DNA of 64,000 nucleotides from Methanomassiliicoccus sp. UBA386 (GCA_002498285.1 DAGU01000023.1:22148-86147), one strand, 5' to 3'. Positions 28,789-40,075 are shown, counted from the first letter of the stretch. Program-made: numbers and translations. The notes: generated by a model from the sequence alone, not told the origin.

Positions 28789-30615
28789 ATGAAGCACAGG
28801 GTGACCTTCTTCCCCGGAAATGTCACGGTGGATGTGGATGAGGGCGAGACGGTCCTCGATGCCGCGGTGGCCGCGGGGGTGCACATCGATGCCTCTTGCG
28901 GGGGAGCGGGGACCTGTGGAAAGTGTCGCGTACTTGTAGAAGGTCCACATCGCGCCTCAGGCGCTCTGGAAGGTCATGTCCTTGCATGCCAGGCCTTCCC
29001 GGAAGGCGAGCTGAGCGTCTTCGTACCCGCCGGGAGCGAGACCCGCGCCGGAAAGATACATAGCTCCTACGCCAGCGTCGCGCCGGAGGTGCGGGAGCCG
29101 CTGGCAGAAAGCATCCATGTCGACATGGAGGCGCCGTCGCTGGGCGATAACCTTGCGGACCTGGAGCGTTTGAGGTGCGCCCTCGGACGGCCGAGCGTCG
29201 GGATCGCCCTACCTTCACTTCGTTCGCTGCCCAGCGTTCTGCGGTCCTCGGGATGGAGCACTAACGCCACCATCGCCCGCATGGGAGAGGCGGAGGAGAT
29301 AATCGAGGTCCGCGCCGATGACGCAAGAGACGTCGGGGCCGCGATCGACATCGGCACGACCACCGTGGCGCTGGAACTGGTCGACCTGAGCACCGGCAAG
29401 GTCCTCGCCCAGGCATCGGACTATAACCGCCAGATGGTGGCCGGGGAGGACGTCCTGGCCCGCATCGCCTACGCCGAGGAAAAGGGTCCGGAGCGCCTTC
29501 AGGAGCTTATCGTGGGGACCATTAACAGGCTGGTCGAGCGGCTGTGTTCCGTTGGCGGCGATCTAACGAGCGATGGGTGCTACCAGGCCGACCACATCAA
29601 GGCGCTGTCCATCGGCGCCAACCCAGCGATGACGCTACTGCTCCTGGGCCTCGATCCCCGTCATCTGCGCTACGAGCCATACATCCCGGTGGTCCATGAA
29701 CCTCCAGTGGTGAGGGCGGCCGAGCTCGGGCTGAGGGCGCATCCCCGCGCCCCGGTGTACTGCATCCCCGGCCGGGCCGCCTATGTGGGCGGGGACGTGA
29801 CGGCCGATGTCCTGCTGTCCGGCATGCACCTCAAGGACGAACTGTCGCTGCTGATCGACGTCGGAACGAACGGCGAGGTCGTTCTTGGCAACAGCGAATG
29901 GATGGTGACGTGCTCGACCTCCGCCGGTCCGGCCTTCGAGGGAGGAGAGGTCTCCTGCGGCATGAGGGCCATGAACGGAGCCATCGATTCGGTGACCATC
30001 TCGAACGGGGAGCTGAGGATCAGCACCATCGGATCGCAGGAGCCGATCGGCATATGCGGCTCCGGCCTCATCGACCTAGTGGCCCAGATGTTCCAAGGCG
30101 GCTGGATCGACCGCAAGGGGCGCATCCTGTCCGATGGCTCGGAAAGGTTCCGGAACGATGAGGGCGCGGTATCGGTGGTCATCCACTCTGGAGAGACGGA
30201 TATCCTGATCGATGAGGACGACATAGCCAACATCCTCCGCACCAAGGCGGCCATATATGCCGGCTGCTCGGTCCTGCTGAACAGCGTGGACCTGACGTTC
30301 GGCGACGTCGACAGGGTGTTCATCGCCGGCGGGTTCGGAAGCCACATCGATGTGGCGAACGCTCAGCTCATCGGCCTGCTGCCCGACCTTCCAAGAGAGC
30401 GCTTCGAGTTCATCGGGAACGGCTCTCTGGGAGGGGCCAGGATGACCCTCCTCTCGGCCGACGCCCGAAGGGCTGCCCGCTCGATATTTGATTCCATGAC
30501 CTACCTGGACCTGTCGTCCTCATCGACGTTCTTCGACCAGTACTCCTCGGCGCTGTTCCTTCCGCACACCGACCTCGATCAGTTCCCTTCGGTGAGGGCG
30601 CGGCTGAAGAGGTGA
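28789..30615 (+). CDS. ASKHA-domain reductive activator of corrinoid proteins (RACo/AcsV-like) with N-terminal [2Fe-2S]
   Basis: CGGAGTCGKC...LACQ, DIGTTT, GEDVLARI, DVGTNGE, AGPAFEG, GICGSG, IAGGFG. Confidence 0.92.
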   Translation: MKHRVTFFPGNVTVDVDEGETVLDAAVAAGVHIDASCGGAGTCGKCRVLVEGPHRASGALEGHVLACQAFPEGELSVFVPAGSETRAGKIHSSYASVAPEVREPLAESIHVDMEAPSLGDNLADLERLRCALGRPSVGIALPSLRSLPSVLRSSGWSTNATIARMGEAEEIIEVRADDARDVGAAIDIGTTTVALELVDLSTGKVLAQASDYNRQMVAGEDVLARIAYAEEKGPERLQELIVGTINRLVERLCSVGGDLTSDGCYQADHIKALSIGANPAMTLLLLGLDPRHLRYEPYIPVVHEPPVVRAAELGLRAHPRAPVYCIPGRAAYVGGDVTADVLLSGMHLKDELSLLIDVGTNGEVVLGNSEWMVTCSTSAGPAFEGGEVSCGMRAMNGAIDSVTISNGELRISTIGSQEPIGICGSGLIDLVAQMFQGGWIDRKGRILSDGSERFRNDEGAVSVVIHSGETDILIDEDDIANILRTKAAIYAGCSVLLNSVDLTFGDVDRVFIAGGFGSHIDVANAQLIGLLPDLPRERFEFIGNGSLGGARMTLLSADARRAARSIFDSMTYLDLSSSSTFFDQYSSALFLPHTDLDQFPSVRARLKR

Positions 30616-30663
30616 CGGCTGGACCCTGGAAGGGTTATATATCGCCGCCGGGTTGTTCCGGGT

Positions 30664-31830
30664 ATGGACCCGCAGCTGGTGGTCATCGGTGGCGGACCGG
30701 CCGGCTCCACCGTGGCCGCCCACGTCTCCGGACTCGATACGGTCATGGTGGAGGAGCACGCCGCGGTCGGCTCGCCCGTCCAGTGCACAGGTCTGGTGCA
30801 TCCCCGGGTGGTGAGCCTGGCATCCGCCTCAGAGACGGTGCTCAACACCATCACTGGCTTCAAGCTGTTCTTTCCAGGCGGGCGGATGCTCGATGTTGGT
30901 TCGGACGAGCCAAAGGCCCTCGTGATCGACCGTCGCCGGTTCGATGAGCTGCTGTCGGAAAGAGCCGTCGAGCATGGCGCCAAACTGCTGACGGGGCATA
31001 GATTCCAGGGCTTCGAGCGCACCCCGGACGGCCTCAGGGTCCGGCTGGATGGTCCCGATGGGCCGAGGTATCTCGGGACGCCATTGCTGGTGGGCGCCGA
31101 CGGCTACAAGTCCGGGGTGGGCAGGGGCGCCGGCCTGGGCCCATGCCGGGAGATGGTCCGCGGCATACAGGCGGAACTGGACGTCCGGCTGGAGGACCAG
31201 GAGAAGGTAGAGGTGCATATCGGGAGCAATGTGGCCCCGGGCTTCTTCGCCTGGGTGCTGCCCTGCGGTGAACGGACCCGGGTCGGCCTGGGCGTCTCGA
31301 GCGGGCATGGCGCTCCCAGCCAATACCTCTCCGCCCTGCTGAAGCGCCGCGGCCTGGACGGCGCAAGGAGGATCGCCCTGAACGCTGGGGCCATACCGAT
31401 CGGCCCGCCCAAAAGGACCGTGGCGGACAATATCATCCTGGTCGGCGACGCCGCCGCCCACGTCAAGCCGCTCTCGGGCGGCGGGCTGCTGCTGGGCATG
31501 CGTTCGGCGAGGGACGCCGCACAGACCGCGATGGACGCGGTCGCCAACGGGGACCTGTCAGAGCGCTTCCTGTCCTCTTACGAGGACGCCTGGAGAGCTG
31601 ACGTGGGAAAGGAGATCGAGCGGGGCATGCTGATCCGGAAAGTGTTCGTTGGCATGACCGACAAGAAGCTGGACGAAGCGGGCAGGATGCTGGACCGGGA
31701 CGATGTCAGGGAGATCCTGGCCACCGGGGATATCGACTACCCGTCCAAACTTGCCGCCCCACTGCTGAGGAAGGTGCCCTCGCTGATCAAGTTCTCCCCC
31801 ACCGTCATCGGACAGCTCCTACGTCGCTAG
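30664..31830 (+). CDS. Geranylgeranyl reductase family flavoprotein
   Basis: IGGGPAGS, PVQCTG, DRRRFD, GADG, FAWVLP, VGDAA..KPLSGGG. Confidence 0.88.
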   Translation: MDPQLVVIGGGPAGSTVAAHVSGLDTVMVEEHAAVGSPVQCTGLVHPRVVSLASASETVLNTITGFKLFFPGGRMLDVGSDEPKALVIDRRRFDELLSERAVEHGAKLLTGHRFQGFERTPDGLRVRLDGPDGPRYLGTPLLVGADGYKSGVGRGAGLGPCREMVRGIQAELDVRLEDQEKVEVHIGSNVAPGFFAWVLPCGERTRVGLGVSSGHGAPSQYLSALLKRRGLDGARRIALNAGAIPIGPPKRTVADNIILVGDAAAHVKPLSGGGLLLGMRSARDAAQTAMDAVANGDLSERFLSSYEDAWRADVGKEIERGMLIRKVFVGMTDKKLDEAGRMLDRDDVREILATGDIDYPSKLAAPLLRKVPSLIKFSPTVIGQLLRR

Positions 31831-31865
31831 CAAAGGATATAATACCCGGCAGCGGTGGGCATAGC

Positions 31866-32885
31866 GTGCTCCTGGCCAAGATACCCTGTGGCGAAGCGGA
31901 GGCGTTCCGCAAGAAGCTGGCCCGCAGGGGAATGGTGCGCAAGGACCGGAGGATATTCGAGCGCGACGGGATGGTCCTGATTCCACTCCTGGACGCCACC
32001 GATGTCGATTACATCGTCTCTCTGGGAGGCAGCATCGAGGAGGGCGACGCCATGGAGAGGGAATGCTATCGCTCGCCTTTCGAGGTGGCGTGCGAGCTGC
32101 TCTCTCGCCCGGACATCGTCGACCTGCTGCCAAGGCGGTATGAGAAGGTGGGCGACGTCCTCGTTCTAAGGCTTCCCGAAGAGCTGCTTCCCCTCCGCGA
32201 GGAGATCGCGTCCGCGTACGCGCGGGCGATGGGCGCCCGAGTCGTTCTCAGAGAAGCAGGTCGCATCAATGGCATCCACCGGAGCCCGGAGATGGAAGTG
32301 CTTTACGGCCACGGCACCGAGACGATGCATTTCGAGAACGGTCTGTACTACAAGCTGGACACCGCGCGGCTGATGTTCTCGTCGGGCAACATCGACGAGA
32401 AGCTGCGCATGGCCTCCCTGGACTGCCGCGGAGAGACGGTGGTGGACATGTTCGCCGGCATCGGCTACTGGACGTTGCCGTTCGCCGTGCGTGCGCACGC
32501 TGAGAGGGTCATCGCCTGCGAGATCAACCCCGTGGCGTTCAGGTACCTCAAGGAGAACATTGCGTTGAACGGCGTGGAGCACATCGTGCAGCCGGTGCTC
32601 GGGGACAACAGGGACCTTCCAGGCGAGGGTTTCGCCGACCGGGTCATGATGGGGTACGTCCGCACCACGCACCGCTTCCTGGAAAAGGCGTTCTCGCTGA
32701 TACGGCCGGGGGGAGTGATGCACTACCAGGACACTTTTCCCCTGGCGGTGTACCCAGAGCAGGCGATGGAGCACCTTGAGCGGGCCGCCGGGGGGCGGCG
32801 GATCGAGGTCCTGTTCTCCAGGGAGGTCAAGTCCTACTCCCCGGGGGTGTCGCACATGGTGCTCGACGTACGCGTGATGGACTAG
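31866..32885 (+). CDS. Trm5/Taw2 (Met-10+-like) SAM-dependent tRNA modification enzyme
   Basis: ENGLYYKLD..LMFSSGN..EK, VDMFAGIGY, EINP, ADRVMMG, VKSYSPG. Confidence 0.88.
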   Translation: MLLAKIPCGEAEAFRKKLARRGMVRKDRRIFERDGMVLIPLLDATDVDYIVSLGGSIEEGDAMERECYRSPFEVACELLSRPDIVDLLPRRYEKVGDVLVLRLPEELLPLREEIASAYARAMGARVVLREAGRINGIHRSPEMEVLYGHGTETMHFENGLYYKLDTARLMFSSGNIDEKLRMASLDCRGETVVDMFAGIGYWTLPFAVRAHAERVIACEINPVAFRYLKENIALNGVEHIVQPVLGDNRDLPGEGFADRVMMGYVRTTHRFLEKAFSLIRPGGVMHYQDTFPLAVYPEQAMEHLERAAGGRRIEVLFSREVKSYSPGVSHMVLDVRVMD

Positions 32886-34399
32886 GCGCGCGACGGCTTC
32901 TCGCCGCTCCCCGAAGCCTCCATCAAAAGAAGCAGCGCCTCGTGGTACTCCTCTCCGGTCGATGAGGTCAGCTTCTGCACGAACGGAACGAGGTAGTTTC
33001 CGAAGTCCATCTCTTCCCGGGAGAACTGCCACGACATCGATGAGGCCTCGCCCGTCGCCACCAGGAAAGCATAGGATATGGAGCGTAGGACGTGGTTGCC
33101 GCCTCTCGACCTTTCAACCTGCCGCGCCACCGACGTCTTTCCTTCGGTGAGGTGTACCCTTGCCAGCCGGTCGGCGTGCGATGCCGCCGGGCCCAGCTTG
33201 CCATAGGCAGGGAGCTGGGAGGTGATCCCCTTGGACCGCTCCGCCCTCTTGGCCTCCGCCACCGCCTGGGCGGGGCTCAGCTGGCGGTTCTCCTTGGCTA
33301 GTTCCTCCAGCGTCTCCGGGGAGGCCACCTGGGCCAGCAGTTTGCCGCTGTGCTCGGCCCACAGGTCGGCCAGCAGATTGGCCGCTTGATCCGAGCGGGT
33401 GACGACCGCCATGGGATGCTTGGCCAGGAAGCCAGACACCGCCTCGACTTCCGCCTCGCCGCCCCGCAGCCTCGCCAGGAAGGCCGAGCGGTCGCTGCCC
33501 AGGCACGTCTCTCCGATGATATAGATCTCCTTCCCGGAGTCACGGATCCTTTTGAGACGCTCGGCGGCATGCTCCTTCAGGAGGTCGGCGTCGGTCATCT
33601 CACCCCTCCGATACCGGGCGACCAGATTGGCGCTCACCTTCGACTCCTGGGCGAGGTCACAGCCCTCTCCGCGGAGCTCGAACGGCACTTCGAACTCAAA
33701 ATCATCGGTGGGATCGGCGGCCGCGATGCGGCTGGCCAGCACGTGTATGGTGTTGACGCTGCCAGCGCAGTCATGGCATATCTCCAGGGTGGCGCGGGCG
33801 CTCTTCCACCGCACCCTCAGGCGCTCCACCGCGTCAGGATGGGGGCAGCGTCCATCGTCGTCCAGGTCGTAGGGCAGGAGGGAGATGGCCTCCTCGACGT
33901 ACTGGGCTGGCGGGCTGGGACCGTCGGGGGAGCAGAATACATGGTCCTCCATGGAATACATGTGCAGGCGCTCGCGCTCGGCGATCTTCCAGAACGCCAT
34001 CAGCCTCAGTTCAGGATGGTCGAAGTTCTGCACCCCGATGAGCTTGTCCTTCTCCACCTTGCCGCGGACCGCGTAGCTGACGTCGCCCATGGGCGTCTTT
34101 CCGGCCGCCAGGTACGGCACCTTTCCCGCTTCCGCCAGCGAGATAGTGGCTGCATAGGCGCGTACCAGATGGTCCCCCCAGTTCATGGCGAAGTCCAGCT
34201 TCTTGGGGTCGTCCTTCTTGGCCGCCACCTTCTGCATCTTCTCCACCGAGGAACGGATCGAGCAACGGCGGCAGCTGCGGGCGCATTCCGGCATGAGCAG
34301 CTCAGGGTCCTCGGCCAGACGGCGGGACCTGTCGAGGATGTCCTTCTCCAGCGTCTTGGGGGTCTTCTTCACGCCCCTGAACCGGGCCCTCCTTCGCAT
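32882..34399 (-). CDS. Hypothetical protein (505 aa) with several Cys clusters
   Basis: Long ORF with GGAGG RBS and typical codon usage; PEC..SCRRC and CPH..ICHDC. Confidence 0.75.
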   Translation of the reverse strand: MRRRARFRGVKKTPKTLEKDILDRSRRLAEDPELLMPECARSCRRCSIRSSVEKMQKVAAKKDDPKKLDFAMNWGDHLVRAYAATISLAEAGKVPYLAAGKTPMGDVSYAVRGKVEKDKLIGVQNFDHPELRLMAFWKIAERERLHMYSMEDHVFCSPDGPSPPAQYVEEAISLLPYDLDDDGRCPHPDAVERLRVRWKSARATLEICHDCAGSVNTIHVLASRIAAADPTDDFEFEVPFELRGEGCDLAQESKVSANLVARYRRGEMTDADLLKEHAAERLKRIRDSGKEIYIIGETCLGSDRSAFLARLRGGEAEVEAVSGFLAKHPMAVVTRSDQAANLLADLWAEHSGKLLAQVASPETLEELAKENRQLSPAQAVAEAKRAERSKGITSQLPAYGKLGPAASHADRLARVHLTEGKTSVARQVERSRGGNHVLRSISYAFLVATGEASSMSWQFSREEMDFGNYLVPFVQKLTSSTGEEYHEALLLLMEASGSGEKPSRA

Positions 34400-34446
34400 G
34401 GCCTCCCCTAGGGGACCGGGCGATTAAAACGTTCGCTCCTGGAACC

Positions 34447-35067
34447 TTACCGAGGCCCCTCCGACCTCATCTGCACAGGGGCCAGACGCTCCACCAGCGT
34501 GAACGGGGTCCACCCCAGCTCCCGCTCCATGATCTCTCGGAACGGCGTTCTCAACTGCGATGGGGTGCTCCGGACATAGGTCTCGGTATCGCGCCTCTCC
34601 CTGCCATCCAGGGAGCGCAGCATGCGGACCACCTCACGCGACGTCATTTCCTCGGCGGGCTGCGCCGTCCATACGATGGCGTCGATCTTGTTCCCCCGCC
34701 ATGACTGCTCCTCGGCCCACCGCTCCACCTCTTCGAGGACCTCGGCATGGGCGCCCCGGCGCTCCCCGCCCTCAATGTCGATGAGCTCTATCTGCCGCTC
34801 TCCACAGCCCGTCAGCGTGGCCAGTTCCCATACCGCCTCGCTCACGTTGCCCGTCTCCATCATCGACCACAGCACCGGATTGCGCTTCCATCCCGGCCTA
34901 AGGGCCAACGACAGGACGCTCTTCCGGCCTTCCTGCGTAACACAGGGCGCCACCGTATACTCCAACGGCAGTTCGGGGCCATCCTTCCTCCAGACCCCAT
35001 CGATCGACGGACCGGTGGTCGACCAGGCCATAGGCTCCCACGTCAGGACCGCGATGTTCTTATCCAC
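34447..35067 (-). CDS. Hypothetical protein, possibly a degenerate GGCT/ChaC-like fold
   Basis: W..DGPELPLE, DAIVWT, YVR..P.Q..TP pattern. Confidence 0.6.
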   Translation of the reverse strand: MDKNIAVLTWEPMAWSTTGPSIDGVWRKDGPELPLEYTVAPCVTQEGRKSVLSLALRPGWKRNPVLWSMMETGNVSEAVWELATLTGCGERQIELIDIEGGERRGAHAEVLEEVERWAEEQSWRGNKIDAIVWTAQPAEEMTSREVVRMLRSLDGRERRDTETYVRSTPSQLRTPFREIMERELGWTPFTLVERLAPVQMRSEGPR

Positions 35068-35370
35068 GAGAATGTAGTGAGAACGACCCCTCTATGAATC
35101 TTGCTTTGTCGTCCCGGCCAGGCAGGCGCGGCAATATCATCGTCCGGCACGTCCCCGGGGTCATGGAAATACCATAGCTGTACTGCTGCGAGAGGCGGTG
35201 AAGATCGTTAACGGAACGGTCGATGAGCGGGCTGCTCAGCTGAGGGAGCGCGGCCTCGAGGGAAGCGGGACCGAATATCTTGATCATCGCCCCTATGCCG
35301 GGCGACGATATCGCGGGTTCCAGTTCAGAAGCATTTTTATCGGCGCAGCCCATTTCATCGCCGGGATGCA

Positions 35371-36075
35371 TTGACAGAGGGACGGGATTTCTATCGAGGC
35401 CTCATAAAAGGCTACGAAGAAGGCCTGAACCGCGCCTGGGACGAACTGATCGGATTGACGACCAGAGGCTACTCCTCTCGCGAGATACAGGTCATGGCAA
35501 GGAGCAAGCGACAGTCCATAGGCCAGCTCATGAAGGAGCGCAAGATCAGGGTGCGGGACGAGGCAGGGGTGGACCTCTTCGGACAGGCCTCCACCGCCAT
35601 GACCTCGGAGGTTCTCCCCGGGAGGGCATTTCTCATAGAATCGGGGATGTCCGTCGCGCTGAAGGTGCTCAACGATCTTCTGGAGGGCGGTTACGAGGGT
35701 CTCGTCATATCCAGGAAGTACCCCGGCGATATCCAGAGGTTCATAATGGGTGAGCCGCAGATGATGTGGCTGACCCGGCAGGAGAAGGGGAAGGGGATCG
35801 ACTACCAATGCCTGTCGCCCTCCGACCAGGGGAACATAAGCAGCACGGCCATCAGGTTCATGAGGGAGGGCGAGCGCCGCGTGGTGATGTTCGAGGGGGT
35901 CGACTACATGCTGCTGCAGGGCAGCGACTTCCAGAACGTGGCCAAGTTCCTGCATGGACTGATCGACCACGCGATCTCCACCAGGAGCATATTGCTCATA
36001 CCGATCAACCCGGCCGCCTTCGAGGAGAAGGACCTGCGCAAACTGGAGAACGCCGCCTATGTCATGTCGGCCTGA
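35371..36075 (+). CDS. DUF835 domain protein
   Basis: GLVISRKYP, WLT, VVMFEGVDYM, LIPINPAAFEEK. Confidence 0.75.
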   Translation: MTEGRDFYRGLIKGYEEGLNRAWDELIGLTTRGYSSREIQVMARSKRQSIGQLMKERKIRVRDEAGVDLFGQASTAMTSEVLPGRAFLIESGMSVALKVLNDLLEGGYEGLVISRKYPGDIQRFIMGEPQMMWLTRQEKGKGIDYQCLSPSDQGNISSTAIRFMREGERRVVMFEGVDYMLLQGSDFQNVAKFLHGLIDHAISTRSILLIPINPAAFEEKDLRKLENAAYVMSA

Positions 36076-36362
36076 CGAGTGAGAACGATGGTCATGGACG
36101 ACACCCGGAACGTTCGTCCGTCCTCGGAGGCGATCTCCTCGGTGCCGATCGATATGTCGGCCACCTCGGCGTTCCTTACGTAACGACGGCGCACGATCTC
36201 AGCCACGTCCACGGCCTTGCTGATGGCCTTCCCCCTGGCCTTGATGACGACCCGGGACGATCCTTCCTCGAACTGCGAGGTCACGGCCAGAACGTAGCTG
36301 GAGGCGGGCTTGGTCCCCACGAACACGGTGTTGTCATCGCTCGTCGACGTCCCTCCGCTCAA
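36057..36362 (-). CDS. albA: DNA/RNA-binding protein Alba
   Basis: VFVGTKP...YV.AV, IKARGKAISKAVDVAEIVR. Confidence 0.93.
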   Translation of the reverse strand: MSGGTSTSDDNTVFVGTKPASSYVLAVTSQFEEGSSRVVIKARGKAISKAVDVAEIVRRRYVRNAEVADISIGTEEIASEDGRTFRVSSMTIVLTRQADMT

Positions 36363-36997
36363 TACTGCCGGTGCTCCTGGAAGTACCGCTGCATGATGCG
36401 GCGCTGCCCCTTGCGCAGGATCTCCGACAGCGTCGACGTGGATATGCCGAATATCTTGGCCAGTTCCTTCAGGCCGATGCGGCGCGGGAAGTCGAAGTAG
36501 CCCCGCTCGAAGGCCATGCGGGTGATCTGCTCCTGCCTCATGGTCAGCTCATCGGTGTCGGTTATCTCGGTGAGCTTTACCAGCTTGGGCTCGGCGTTCA
36601 GCTTCTTAAGGGCGTCGATCAGCTCCTTGAACGCCGAGTTCCTGGTGACCAGCATGGTCCACTGCATCCGCCCGTCGGGAGTGGTGGTCGACCGCGTCAG
36701 AAAACATTCGGTGCCGGCTATCACGCGGCACACCATGCACTGGTTGGTGGAGAACGCCGCCAGCACCCTGCCCTTGTCTATGGCGCTTATGTCCACGTTG
36801 AATATGTTGGGGTTGTTGCGCACCAGGTCGATGACCTTTGGCAGGTCCTCGGTGTTCTCGACCTCGATCTGTACAAGATCGCGCACCTCGGTGTTGAACG
36901 CCTTCGAATCGATCAGCTTCACCACTGACGGATATTGCTTCACCACTTCGGTGATCCAGTTGTCCGGCAGGGCCAGTGTAATTATTCCTTCCATCAT
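36359..36997 (-). CDS. HTH_10 (bacterio-opsin activator-type) transcriptional regulator
   Basis: LTMRQEQI...AFERGYFDFPRRIGLKELAK...STLSEILRKG. Start reassigned to ATG 36997. Confidence 0.9.
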   Translation of the reverse strand: MMEGIITLALPDNWITEVVKQYPSVVKLIDSKAFNTEVRDLVQIEVENTEDLPKVIDLVRNNPNIFNVDISAIDKGRVLAAFSTNQCMVCRVIAGTECFLTRSTTTPDGRMQWTMLVTRNSAFKELIDALKKLNAEPKLVKLTEITDTDELTMRQEQITRMAFERGYFDFPRRIGLKELAKIFGISTSTLSEILRKGQRRIMQRYFQEHRQY

Positions 36998-37008
36998 CTG
37001 ATGCACCT

Positions 37009-38265
37009 TCAGGGATATATCCCTCTGAGCTTGGTGGCCTGGACCACTTCGCCCACCGCCAGCAGGTATGCCGCGGTCCTCATGTCCACCTCTTTCGCGC
37101 CGGCGGTGGCGTACACCCGGGCGAAGGCGTAGGTCATGATCTCGTTCAACCGGTCCCTTATCTGAGCATTGGACCAGAAATGGAACTGCAGGTCCTGCAC
37201 CCATTCGAAGTACGAAACGGTCACGCCGCCAGCGTTGCACAGGACGTCCGGTATCAGCATTATGCCCTTCTCATCCAGGACCAGATCGGCCTCCGGCGTG
37301 GTCGGCCCGTTGGCCCCCTCGGCCACGATGCGCGCCTTCACGCGGTCGGCGTTCGCCGATGTGATCGCGTTCTCCATGGCGGCGGGCACCAGCACCGTGC
37401 ACTCCATCTCCAGAAGATCCTCGTTCGATATCTCCGTCGCCCCGGGGTAGCCGAGCACGGAACCGGTGCGCTGCTTGTGCTCGTACACGCTCACGGGGTC
37501 CAGGCCCGCCTTGTCGAGTATGGCGCCCGAGGAGTCGGAGAGGGCCGTTATGGTCAGCCCCAGCTCATCCTTCAGCAGGCGGGCGGCGTTCCATCCCACG
37601 TTGCCGAAGCCCTGCACCACGGCAGTGGCTCCGGCGCGCTTCAGGCCCTCCACGGCCATGGCCTCCCTGACACAGTACATCAAACCCCTGGAGGTCGCCT
37701 CCTCCCGGCCCTTGGAGCCGCCCAGCGGTATGGGCTTGCCGGTGACGATGCCCGGGACCGAATAACCGACGTTCATCGAGTACGTGTCCATGATCCACGC
37801 CATCACCTGGGCGTTGGTGTACATGTCCGGCGCCGGTATGTCGACGTGCGGACCTATGATAGGCATGATCTCCGACGCGTACCTGCGCGTCATCCTCTCC
37901 AGCTCCCCGGGGCTCATCCTCTTGGGATCGCATATCACGCCGCCCTTGGCGCCGCCGTACGGCAGTCCGACGGTGGCGCATTTCCAGGTCATCCACATGG
38001 CCAGAGCGCGGACCTCGTCCAGAGTGAGCGCGGGATGATAGCGTATCCCGCCCTTGCATGGCCCCCTGGCGAAGTTGTGCTGTACGCGGAAGCCGGTGAA
38101 GACCTTGATGGTGCCGTCGTCCATGGTGACCGGGAAGTTGACCGTGAGCTCCCGCTTGGGCCGGCTCAAGAGATCGATCATGCCCTGGTCCAGGCCGAGC
38201 ATGCCTCCCACACGCTGCACTTGGCCGACCGCCACCTGATACGGACCGCTCTGATCGCTCGCCAC
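37009..38265 (-). CDS. gdhA: Glutamate dehydrogenase
   Basis: KGGIRYHP, MTWKCA, GGAKGG, PAPD, QGFGNVG, EGANGP, NAGGVTVSYFEW. Confidence 0.96.
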   Translation of the reverse strand: MASDQSGPYQVAVGQVQRVGGMLGLDQGMIDLLSRPKRELTVNFPVTMDDGTIKVFTGFRVQHNFARGPCKGGIRYHPALTLDEVRALAMWMTWKCATVGLPYGGAKGGVICDPKRMSPGELERMTRRYASEIMPIIGPHVDIPAPDMYTNAQVMAWIMDTYSMNVGYSVPGIVTGKPIPLGGSKGREEATSRGLMYCVREAMAVEGLKRAGATAVVQGFGNVGWNAARLLKDELGLTITALSDSSGAILDKAGLDPVSVYEHKQRTGSVLGYPGATEISNEDLLEMECTVLVPAAMENAITSANADRVKARIVAEGANGPTTPEADLVLDEKGIMLIPDVLCNAGGVTVSYFEWVQDLQFHFWSNAQIRDRLNEIMTYAFARVYATAGAKEVDMRTAAYLLAVGEVVQATKLRGIYP

Positions 38266-38350
38266 TTCGTCCTCCTGACGCCCTTCGCCGGCGCAAACCT
38301 CAAGATGCGTTCATCAAATTTATAGGAGAGCGTTAAGGGTTATTAGACCT

Positions 38351-40075
38351 GTGACCAACGCCGAGATCGCTCGGATGCTCCACGAGTTCGCGGACCTCAT
38401 GGACCTGCGGGGGGACGTGTTCAAGCGTAACGCCTATCGACGGGCCGCCCGCAGCGTGGAGTCATTGGAGCAGGACATCCGACAGGTCATGGAGGAGGGC
38501 GGGCTGGACAAGGTCCCGGGGGTGGGGAAGAGCATCGCCATGAAGATCAGGGAGATGGTCGAGACCGGCACCTCGAAGGATCTGGAGGGGCTGAGGGGCT
38601 CCTTCCCGCCCGGCCTGGCGGAGATGATGCGAGTGCCGGACGTAGGACCGCGCACCGCCGCTCGATTATTCCGGGAGCTGGGAGTGGCCGACCTCGAAGG
38701 GCTGAAGAAGGCAGCCATGGAACATCGCATACGGCAGTTGCCCGGCTTCGGAGAACGCTCGGAGACGAACATCCTGCGAGGGATAGACCTGGTAGGGCAG
38801 CTGGGAGGCCGCATGCTGCTATCCAGCGCCCTCCTCAAGGGAGAGGAGCTGGTCGGGCACGTCCGCTCCTCCGGCTTCCCCCTGACCTCGGTGGCCGGCT
38901 CCATGCGCCGGATGAGGGAGACGGTGGGGGACGTGGACCTACTGGTCGGGACCGACCGGCCCGGCGAGGCCATGGAGGCGTTCGTGTCCTTCCCGCAGGC
39001 GGTCGGCATCATCATTCGCGGCGACAGCAAAACGAGCGTGAGACTGTCCGACGGCACCCAGGCGGACATGCGCGCTGTGCCGGAGGCCAGCTACGGCGCC
39101 GCCCTGCAATACTTCACCGGTTCGAAGGAGCATAACGTCAAGCTTCGCCGGATCGCCATCGGGAAAGGGCTCAGGCTCAACGAATACGGTCTGTTCGACG
39201 CCGCGGGCGTCAACCTGGCCGCCGGCCGACCGGAGGAGGACGTCTACCGGATGCTCGACCTCCAGCCAGTGCCGCCCGAGCTGCGAGAGGACCGCGGGGA
39301 GATCGAGGCGGCCGCCAGGGGACGGCTTCCACGGCTGGTCGAGCAGAGGGACGTTCGAGGAGACCTGCACGTGCATACAGTGCTCAGCGACGGCCACGGG
39401 ACCATGCGGGAGATGGCCATGGCGGCGATGAAGCGCGGATACGAATATGTAGGGCTTACGGACCATTCGGCGTCACTGCACATCGCTAACGGCCTGGATA
39501 ACGACCGGCTTCTGGCCTCGGTGGAGCAGGCCCGCCATCTCACCGAGGAGCTTAACTTTCCGGTCATGCGCGGGGCCGAGACGGATATCCTGGAGGACGG
39601 CTCGCTGGACTACCCGCGCGAGGTGCTGGAGCAGCTCGACTATGTCATCGCCTCGGTGCACACCCGGTTCAAGATGGGCATCGACGAGATGACTGACCGG
39701 GTGGTCCGCGCCATGCGCGGCGGCCGCGTGCACATCCTGGGCCATCCGACCGGAAGGCTGCTGGGGCGCCGAGAGGGATACGCTATCGATATGGACGCGG
39801 TGATGGAGGAGGCCGGCAAGCGCGGCGTGGCGATGGAGGTGAACGGCTACCCCAACCGTTTGGACCTGAACGACGTGAACTGCCGAAAGGCCAAGGAGAA
39901 GGGCGTGATGGTCGTGTTGAACACCGACTCCCACCGCGAGGGAAATTTGGCCAACATGCGGTTGGCCGTTGGAACGGCCAGACGAGGATGGTTGGAACCA
40001 CAGAACGTGCTCAACTGTCTTCCCCATCGCCAGCTGAAGGCCGCCCTGGCCAGCAAAATAGCCGAAACTATATGA
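38351..40075 (+). CDS. polX: DNA polymerase X with PHP domain
   Basis: [50 protein letters not shown]. Confidence 0.95.
   Translation: MTNAEIARMLHEFADLMDLRGDVFKRNAYRRAARSVESLEQDIRQVMEEGGLDKVPGVGKSIAMKIREMVETGTSKDLEGLRGSFPPGLAEMMRVPDVGPRTAARLFRELGVADLEGLKKAAMEHRIRQLPGFGERSETNILRGIDLVGQLGGRMLLSSALLKGEELVGHVRSSGFPLTSVAGSMRRMRETVGDVDLLVGTDRPGEAMEAFVSFPQAVGIIIRGDSKTSVRLSDGTQADMRAVPEASYGAALQYFTGSKEHNVKLRRIAIGKGLRLNEYGLFDAAGVNLAAGRPEEDVYRMLDLQPVPPELREDRGEIEAAARGRLPRLVEQRDVRGDLHVHTVLSDGHGTMREMAMAAMKRGYEYVGLTDHSASLHIANGLDNDRLLASVEQARHLTEELNFPVMRGAETDILEDGSLDYPREVLEQLDYVIASVHTRFKMGIDEMTDRVVRAMRGGRVHILGHPTGRLLGRREGYAIDMDAVMEEAGKRGVAMEVNGYPNRLDLNDVNCRKAKEKGVMVVLNTDSHREGNLANMRLAVGTARRGWLEPQNVLNCLPHRQLKAALASKIAETI

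Noticed and set aside
35100-35330. Possible universal-stress-protein remnant across two frames
   Set aside because: Similarity too weak to support without a search
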